DNA of 64,000 nt from Macrostomum lignano (taxonomy: Eukaryota): assembly GCA_002269645.1 (NCBI GenBank), contig NIVC01000307.1:62001-126000 (forward strand), given 5' to 3'. Below the pieces are notes generated by a model that had not been told where the DNA came from, did no database searches, and saw nothing but the letters and a program-made list of their open reading frames with translations. Shown piece by piece: positions 44,986-64,000 of this stretch. Both the position numbers and the translations under genes were made by a program. The stretch's first letter is position 1; every line of letters starts with the position of its first letter.

Positions 44986-46245
44986 CACCAGTGAACGAGC
45001 CGAGAGCGAGAGAACCCGAGGCCATGCTCATTTTTCACTGCTCATTCTCATGTGTGAAAAAAGTGATTGGAAATCGATCAGAGTAGTGATTTTTTTATAT
45101 TTAGCTTGAAATCTGGCAAAAAGCGCAATAGGACGGCAATATTTTTATGACGCCTGATTTTCCACATAACGAGGCCTATTTGTGTGCAATTTCTAGAGAT
45201 TCGGTTCATTGGGTAAAAAATTATCTATAAAAAACTAAAAACTTGATTTGTGACACTTTTGCTACTTCCGGGACTAATTAACCGGGAAATGTTATAAATT
45301 TTGAACTGAAATGCACGGTGTTCCAGACAGTTAATTTAACAAATTTCTTGAAATTCATAAACAAATCGATGTTTTTTCACGTAAAAAATGCCTTTTTTGC
45401 ACCAAAATTCATGAGATTAAGCTGCATACCGCTTTGCATAATTTGCATTTGCACAGAGTTTGCAAGTACGTAAATAGCTTATCAATTATTATCTTGTCTT
45501 ATCTTATCAATACTATTATTATATTTGCCCCACAGCCCTGCTGCAATTATCATTTTTATTCAGCAATCAGGGGGGGACAAGGGTCCGGCCGGGTATGCAA
45601 TGAACTAAGGACGACTGCTTGCACTGGCAATTGAATTTTAAAATATTTCCAGAATAGAATGTCCATATTCAATAAGCCTGCCATTACACTTCATCTGAGA
45701 CTAATTAATTTTTCCCAGTCACAATGACTGAATCAGTTATCTCAGTAGCGGCAGTTTCAGAGTCAGAGAAGAAAAACCAATTAATTTATTTTATTACCTC
45801 TCCACCGCTTGTGACCGCTTGGGGGCTCTTTCATGGACTTCTACTATGCTGTCAGCCAAGGTCGAGTGCTAAACTAAGCTATCTGGATTTGAAACTAATT
45901 TTGCAATTAGTCATTTATATAAATGAGGACTCAGATGTTGCGGAGCATCTAGACAAATTATCAAAACGGTAGTTTCCAGTCCACTATTGCGAAGCTCATT
46001 TTAGTAGTCCTTGGCATGCGCCGACAATCAGCCCCAGCTGCAACTGGCAGGCACCACCCCCTTCCCCACTCCTGCCCTGGGTTGGCCTGACAATGGACAA
46101 TGGGTTATTGGCCAGGTGCCTTTAATAATTATCATTTTTTGGCTTCAGTTGGCGATCGGGGATCTAAGAGGAGAGAGAGACTCTATAAAGAGATAGATTT
46201 AAAACTCAGCATCCCCATCTCCAACTCAGCAACAGTCTCCCTGCG

Positions 46246-63922
<17,677 letters not shown>

Positions 63923-64000
63923 GTGAAACAATCAATTAGTCGATAGAATCATTAGTCAGATTTATTGCTCTCTTAACGGTTAATTTCCTCATACTCTCTA

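Overview
Eukaryotic (metazoan) genomic DNA with GC-rich exons and introns packed with micro- and minisatellites. The style resembles a Macrostomum-type flatworm, but the species cannot be fixed from sequence. Two host genes lie on the + strand: a CLASP microtubule regulator (~11.3-40.4 kb) and a TRPM-family channel with an unusual N-terminal ankyrin-repeat extension (from ~46.2 kb, running off the window end). A decayed, intronless DEG/ENaC gene is nested antisense in one TRPM intron. The main feature is a 9,474-bp Polinton/Maverick-like element (28163-37636) inserted in a CLASP intron, with ~0.88-0.90 kb near-identical terminal inverted repeats and a perfect 6-bp target-site duplication (TTCTTG). 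It encodes an intact 1,269-aa protein-primed family B DNA polymerase split by six spliceosomal introns, three of which cut catalytic motifs A, B and C. It also carries a tandem PC4-like gene with a 2-nt frameshift and orphan ORFs. I found no integrase, capsid, packaging ATPase or adenain protease gene, so it looks like a replication-only linear replicon. Several MITEs sit at 5-10 kb. All gene models and domain calls were made by eye, without database or HMM searches.
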